From: Nitrospirota bacterium
GTDB taxonomy: Bacteria > Nitrospirota > Thermodesulfovibrionia > Thermodesulfovibrionales > JdFR-88
Length of the DNA: 43,752 nucleotides
NCBI GenBank assembly: GCA_021788025.1
Contig: JAJYLE010000003.1
Location: 1-43,752 of the forward strand
Direction: 5' to 3'
The notes beneath the pieces were generated by a model. The model saw only the letters and a list, made by a program, of their open reading frames with translations. It was not told the DNA's origin and made no database searches. Positions 39,047 to 43,752 of the stretch are shown here, piece by piece (within the stretch, counting starts at the first letter, position 1; every line of letters starts with the position of its first letter). Made by a program: the position numbers and the translations under genes.

Positions 39047-39892
39047 ATGGATGATCAGCAAGTAAACCAGGGCTGCTGAAAACCAAGCGGAGGTGCCGGT
39101 GGGCACTTGGACCAACAGGGCGTATGTCCCCTGCCCTTTTCCTCCAGCCAGGAGAAAACCGCGCCTGATGCCGGGGCAATCCGGCAGGCGATTCAAAAAA
39201 GATATGCGGCGGTGTCGGTAACCGCCTCCGGCAACTTCAGTTACAAAACAGGCAGGGCGGGCGCGGAACTGCTCGGCTATGATAAAGACCTGCTTGGCCG
39301 CATGCCGGATGAATTGATAGATTCCTTCTGCGGGGTTGGGAACCCTTTTACACTTGGCCCGGTCAATCCCGGTGATAAAGTTCTGGATATAGGCTGCGGG
39401 GCGGGATTCGACCTTGTGGCGGCAAGCTGCCTGGCTGGCAAAAACGGAAAGGTATGCGGTATAGACGTCACACCGGAGATGCTTGGGAAAGCGGGAAAGG
39501 TTTTGGCCGGATACTCGTGTTCCGCTTATGAATTAAAAGTTGCCGGGGCGGAGGAAATACCTTTTGAAGACGGCTCATTCGACATCGTTATCTCAAACGG
39601 CGTTCTTAATCTTTCTCCGGCCAAGGTAAATTGCTTCAAGGAAATATACCGAGTGCTCAAGCCTGGCGGCCGCCTCCAGATTGCAGACATTGTGCTGAAA
39701 GGTGAAAGGCCCGCAAGCGCAGACCCCCTTCGTGACTGGGCAACCTGAATAGGCGGCGCGGTCTCCGTGGCAGACCAGATGGATTTAATTAAAGCGGCCG
39801 GTTTTAAGGATGCTGAATTCGCCGGAGCTACGCCTGTATCTACTTCCAGTTTCACCGTTGGCGCACTCTTTAAGGCAAGGAAGCCGTTGTAA
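39047..39892 (+). CDS. ArsM-like class I SAM methyltransferase, predicted selenoprotein with two Sec (U11, U234), 281 aa
   Basis: One frame from ATG 39047 to TAA 39892, interrupted only by TGA 39077 and TGA 39746. Motifs SFCGVGNP, VLDIGCGAGFD, FDIVISNGVLNL, RVLKPGG; after the second TGA the frame reads IGGAVS...IKAAGF...FKARKP, a normal ArsM-like C-terminus. Confidence 0.8.
39091..39108 (+). promoter_or_regulatory. SECIS-like hairpin for UGA 39077
   Basis: AGGTGCC-GGTG-GGCACTT begins 11 nt after the UGA and has GU in the apical loop; possible lower stem CCAA (39083-86) / TTGG (39107-10). Confidence 0.65.
39760..39776 (+). promoter_or_regulatory. SECIS-like hairpin for UGA 39746
   Basis: GGTCT-CCGTGGC-AGACC begins 11 nt after the UGA; GU in the loop. 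Confidence 0.65.
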
Positions 39893-39925
39893 AATTTTTC
39901 GTCCTTCCCCTGTATAATCTAAAAA

Positions 39926-42073
39926 ATGGACTTTTCTGAACTTGTCTCTTTCGGCGCTCATCCGAAGATCGCCGGAACTCTTCCCGCTTCGGGCGGGATT
40001 TCTTTATATCCTCCGCAGGAAGAGGCGGTTAAGGCGGGGCTGTTTGAGCCTGGAACATCACTGGTTGTGGCCGCCCCCACCGCGTCCGGGAAAACCCTGA
40101 TAGCCGAGATGGCCGCACTGGACATCTTCCTGAAAAAAGGCGGCAAGGTTATATATCTGGTGCCGCTTCGGGCGCTTGCACGGGAAAAATATGAGGACTT
40201 CACCCGCAAATACGCAAACACCGGCTTAAGGATAGCGCAGAGCACAGGTGATTTTGACCGTGACGAACCCTGGCTTGCCCAGGCAGGGCTGATAATCACA
40301 ACCAACGAAAAGCTGGACTCCCTTCAGAGGCGGCGCTCCAGGCTGCTTGAAAACCTGGCTCTTGTGGTGGCCGACGAGGTGCATCTTCTTGGCGACGCCG
40401 GCAGGGGGCCAACGCTGGAGGTGGTGCTGACCAGGCTAAGGGCCGTTAAACGCGGGCTGAAAGTGATAGCCCTTAGCGCAACCATACCCAACGCAACTGA
40501 AATTGCGCATTGGCTGGACGCCAGGCTGGTGCAGTCCACATGGAGGCCGGTGCCGCTTAAAGAAGGTGTTTTCCATAACGGGGCGGTGATCTTTAATGAA
40601 GGCAGCGTAATATGGGTGGAGAAGAAGAGCGGCATAGATTCCGTTGACCTTTCCATCGAGACCATCGGCGAGGGCGGGCAGGCCCTTGTTTTCGTTGGCA
40701 CACGAAAATCCAGCGAGGCCCTTGCAAGGAAGGCGGGGCGTTACGTGGCAGACTTTTTATCGGAAGCGGACACTGATTTTCTGGAGAAGCTGTCAAAAGA
40801 CATACTGGCCGCCGCTTCGGAGCCCACAAAACTCACCAAACGCCTCTCTGAAAGCGTTAAGGAAGGCGCGGCCTTCCACCATGCGGGCATACCATACGCC
40901 CAAAGGAAGCTTGTGGAGGACGCCTTCAAATCAAACAGGCTGAAACTGCTTGCCGCAACCACCACGCTTGCCATGGGGCTTAACCTGCCTTCGCGCAGGG
41001 TTGTGATCAGGGACTGGTGGCGTTATGTGCCGGGGACGGGGATAAGCTCCATACCGGCCATCGAGGTAAAACAGATGGCGGGCAGGGCCGGCCGCCCAGG
41101 TTATGACAATTTCGGAGAAGCCGTGCTGGTGGCCAGAAGCAAGCGCGACGAGGGCCAGCTTTTCGATAAATACATACGCGGCGGTCCGGAGGAGATCGAA
41201 TCCGCACTGGCCAGCGAGGCCGCCCTCAGGGGCCATGTGCTGGCCTCCATAGCCGGGCTATTTACCAGGACCAGGCGGGACCTTATGGATTTCCTTGGCG
41301 CAACATTCTTTGCTTTCCAGTCCGGCAGCAACAGGCTGGAGGATGTAGCAGAAGACGTGCTGGAATTTTTGCACTCCGAAGGGCTGATAAATTTTTCCGG
41401 CGGGGCCGGATATTCAGCCACAAGGCTTGGGCACAGGATATCCGAGCTTTACCTGGACCCTTTGTCCGGCGTTATCTTCAGGGACGCGCTGTCCATGCAG
41501 AAGGAAAAACTGCCGTTCGCCCTGTTCCATATGCTTGCCATGGCCCCGGACATGATGACGCTCTCTTTCGGGAAAAAGGACTTTGACGAGCTTATGGAAA
41601 TCTTCAGCGTCCATGCTGAAACCCTGCTGGTTTCAAAGGAAGGCCTGGCCGCAACAGACCAGATGCTCTCGGAAATAAAGACCGCCTCTGTGCTGATGCA
41701 ATGGATTCTGGAGACCCCCGAGGAAAAGATAACAGACCACTTCGGCATAGGCCCCGGGGACCTGCGGACGATTGTGGAACTGGCGGACTGGCTGCTGTAC
41801 GCGGCGCAGGAGATTGCCAAGGCAATCGGAATGAAGGATGAGGCCAGGGCCATTTCGCCGCTCAGGGTAAGGGTGAATTACGGAGTGAAAGAGGAGTTAC
41901 TGGGCCTTGTAAGCCTTAAAGGTGTGGGCAGGATAAGGGCAAGGAGCCTTTATGAGGCAGGCGTTAAGGACGTAAGGGGAGTAAAGGACGCCAGCCTGGA
42001 GGTCCTTCAGAAGGTCCCGAAGATAGGGCATGCGCTTGCGCTGGACCTGAAAAAACAGACTGGCGAAGGCTAG
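39926..42073 (+). CDS. hel308: Ski2-like SF2 helicase, archaeal Hel308 type
   Basis: APTASGKT, VPLRALAREKYEDF, TNEKLDS, DEVH, RGPTLE, LSAT, WRPVPL, FHHAG, QMAGRAGRPGYD, winged-helix/ratchet region (ELYLDP), C-terminal HhH with RARSL. Confidence 0.85.
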   Translation: MDFSELVSFGAHPKIAGTLPASGGISLYPPQEEAVKAGLFEPGTSLVVAAPTASGKTLIAEMAALDIFLKKGGKVIYLVPLRALAREKYEDFTRKYANTGLRIAQSTGDFDRDEPWLAQAGLIITTNEKLDSLQRRRSRLLENLALVVADEVHLLGDAGRGPTLEVVLTRLRAVKRGLKVIALSATIPNATEIAHWLDARLVQSTWRPVPLKEGVFHNGAVIFNEGSVIWVEKKSGIDSVDLSIETIGEGGQALVFVGTRKSSEALARKAGRYVADFLSEADTDFLEKLSKDILAAASEPTKLTKRLSESVKEGAAFHHAGIPYAQRKLVEDAFKSNRLKLLAATTTLAMGLNLPSRRVVIRDWWRYVPGTGISSIPAIEVKQMAGRAGRPGYDNFGEAVLVARSKRDEGQLFDKYIRGGPEEIESALASEAALRGHVLASIAGLFTRTRRDLMDFLGATFFAFQSGSNRLEDVAEDVLEFLHSEGLINFSGGAGYSATRLGHRISELYLDPLSGVIFRDALSMQKEKLPFALFHMLAMAPDMMTLSFGKKDFDELMEIFSVHAETLLVSKEGLAATDQMLSEIKTASVLMQWILETPEEKITDHFGIGPGDLRTIVELADWLLYAAQEIAKAIGMKDEARAISPLRVRVNYGVKEELLGLVSLKGVGRIRARSLYEAGVKDVRGVKDASLEVLQKVPKIGHALALDLKKQTGEG

Positions 42074-42102
42074 GCGGAGCGGAAAGCCTCCGCGGGCTTT
42101 TC
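42074..42102 (+). terminator. Probable terminator after the helicase
   Basis: GCGGAG-N8-CTCCGC stem, with overlapping alternative AAAGCC/GGCTTT, followed by a short T run. Confidence 0.45.
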
Positions 42103-42117
42103 ACAGAAGGTTTGTAA

Positions 42118-42147
42118 TTGACATTACCTCTTTTCATCTGGTAATTT
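42118..42147 (+). promoter_or_regulatory. Sigma-70-like promoter for gspG
   Basis: TTGACA (42118-23), 18-nt spacer, TAATTT (42142-47) with TG extension; 6 nt before the GTG start. Confidence 0.55.
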
Positions 42148-42153
42148 ACCCGC

Positions 42154-42651
42154 GTGAGCACCCTTGGCCGTTTCCGCATATTCCCGTTTATCCTGAGGCA
42201 GTCCCCCTCCAGCGCAGTTAAACGAACAGAAGGCCAAAAAGAAGGTTTTACCCTTATAGAGCTGATGGTTGTCCTTATAATCCTGAGCCTTCTTGCCGCG
42301 CTTGTAGGCCCCAGGCTGTTTTCAAAGGTCGGCAAAGGCAAGCAGGTGGCCGCAGCCTCCCAGATAAAAATATTCGGGCAGGCGCTGGACCAGTACAAGC
42401 TGGACACAGGCGATTATCCCACAACGGAACAGGGCTTGAACGCGCTCCAGGCAAACCCCGGCGGTATCCAGGGCTGGGACGGGCCATATCTGAAGAAAGG
42501 CATCCCCAAAGACCCATGGGGCAGGCCGTATAATTACCAGTGCCCCGGCCAGCATGGGGATTACGATCTTTATTCATACGGAAAAGACGGCGTGCCTGGC
42601 GGTACAGGCGAAAGCAAGGAAGTGGACAGCTGGGAAAATAGCGGTTCTTAG
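42154..42651 (+). CDS. gspG: Type II secretion major pseudopilin GspG
   Basis: Prepilin site G|FTLIELMVV; YKLDTGDYPTTEQGL; PKDPWGRPYNY; SYGKDG. Confidence 0.93.
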   Translation: MSTLGRFRIFPFILRQSPSSAVKRTEGQKEGFTLIELMVVLIILSLLAALVGPRLFSKVGKGKQVAAASQIKIFGQALDQYKLDTGDYPTTEQGLNALQANPGGIQGWDGPYLKKGIPKDPWGRPYNYQCPGQHGDYDLYSYGKDGVPGGTGESKEVDSWENSGS

Positions 42652-42676
42652 CCTGGCGTTTTGCTACAATATTCGC

Positions 42677-43752
42677 ATGAGTGACAAACCTTACCAAAGC
42701 CTTGAAGATTTCCCCAAAATGCCGTTTCTGCCCGATGGGCTCTCCTCCCGCTTTATCCGCGAAAACCGGATAGTGCCGCTTGGGCTGGAAAGCGGCACGC
42801 TCAAGATCATCATGGCGGACCCGGATGATTCGCAGACGGTGAGGGCCTTGAGGGTTGCGCTTGAAACCGAGATAGAGGCATACGGCGCGCCGGCCCAGGT
42901 TATAGACGAATACTGGGTGCGCTTCTACGGGCGCAAACCTGAAGACATAACCGACATAGTAAACGGGATGAACGGAAGCGGCGGGCTGGAGATACTGAAG
43001 GACGACGGCGAGGACTCGGCCCATCTGAAGGACCTGGCCTCCGAGGCCCCGATCATAAAGCTTGTAAACGCCCTGATAATGAGGGCCCTTGAGACCAGAG
43101 CAAGCGACATACACCTTGAACCGTATGAAGACGAACTGAGGGTAAGATACCGCATAGACGGAATACTCCATACGGTGGAGTCCGTGCCCAAAAGGCTGCA
43201 ACCAGCAATCATCTCCAGGCTGAAACTAATGGCAAAGCTGAATATCGCTGAGCGAAGGCTGCCCCAGGACGGGCGCATCAGGTTCAAGATGTCCGCCAAA
43301 GAGATTGACATGAGGGTATCCACCATCCCGGTCCTTCATGGGGAAAGCCTGGTTATGAGACTTCTGGACAAAGAGAGCATTGTGATAGACCTGGACCAAC
43401 TCGGGTTTCCGGATGCCGCCCTATCCACTTTCAAGGAACTTATTAAAAAGACCCACGGGCTTATATTCGTAACCGGCCCAACCGGAAGCGGCAAGACCAC
43501 CACCCTGTACGGGGCGCTGGACAAAATAAACTCGCCGGAACTGAAGATAATCACCGTTGAGGACCCGATAGAATATCATCTTAAGGGCGTAAACCAGATA
43601 CAGGTAAAACCCGGCATCGGGCTCAGTTTTGCAAACACTTTAAGGCACATCGTAAGGCAGGACCCGGACGTGATAATGATAGGGGAGATAAGGGATTTAG
43701 AGACGGCCGAGATTGCGATACAGGCCGCGCTTACCGGCCACCTTGTCTTCTC
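42677..43752 (+). CDS. gspE: Type II secretion ATPase GspE (partial, runs off the window end)
   Basis: Translated manually from ATG 42677: EAPIIKLVN, ASDIHLEP, RYRIDG, ERRLPQDGR, VTGPTGSGKTTTLY, TVEDPIEY, RQDPDVIMIGEIRD. Confidence 0.92.
   Translation, partial: MSDKPYQSLEDFPKMPFLPDGLSSRFIRENRIVPLGLESGTLKIIMADPDDSQTVRALRVALETEIEAYGAPAQVIDEYWVRFYGRKPEDITDIVNGMNGSGGLEILKDDGEDSAHLKDLASEAPIIKLVNALIMRALETRASDIHLEPYEDELRVRYRIDGILHTVESVPKRLQPAIISRLKLMAKLNIAERRLPQDGRIRFKMSAKEIDMRVSTIPVLHGESLVMRLLDKESIVIDLDQLGFPDAALSTFKELIKKTHGLIFVTGPTGSGKTTTLYGALDKINSPELKIITVEDPIEYHLKGVNQIQVKPGIGLSFANTLRHIVRQDPDVIMIGEIRDLETAEIAIQAALTGHLVF

Noticed and set aside
42275-43554. Several minus-strand ORFs of up to 308 aa
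   Set aside because: Antisense shadows of gspG and of gspE, which the ORF track missed because it runs off the window end.
1-43752. CRISPR arrays, tRNA/rRNA genes, IS elements
   Set aside because: No regularly spaced repeats, cloverleaf-like sequences or transposase ORFs seen; intergenic spaces are short.

Overview
Bacterial chromosomal segment of about 44 kb, densely coding and mostly housekeeping. Gene content and order suggest an anaerobic Nitrospirota/Deltaproteobacteria-like organism (inference). It contains xerC, a divergent ThyA-like gene, mutL, panD, gatC, pcrA/uvrD, glmS-glmU, yebC, an NtrC-type regulator, a ppx-DGC-2-oxoacid oxidoreductase beta/gamma-GNAT-purN-pyk run, rnhB-rplS-trmD-khpA-rpsP (no rimM), ccdA-mog-MOSC, mnmA/cysM, a lipid-linked glycosylation cluster, a sodium:solute symporter, an archaeal-type Hel308 helicase and the start of a type II secretion locus (gspG, gspE). 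I saw no tRNA, rRNA, CRISPR array or transposase. The main finding is that the 213-aa SAM methyltransferase ORF (39107..39748) appears to be the middle of a 281-aa selenoprotein (39047..39892). It has two in-frame UGA codons (a GCU motif near the N-terminus and WATUIGGA at the conserved ArsM C-terminal Cys position), each followed 11 nt later by a SECIS-like hairpin. Other signals are a recurring leaderless-mRNA promoter layout, probable non-canonical starts, and a structured leader upstream of Moco-related genes.
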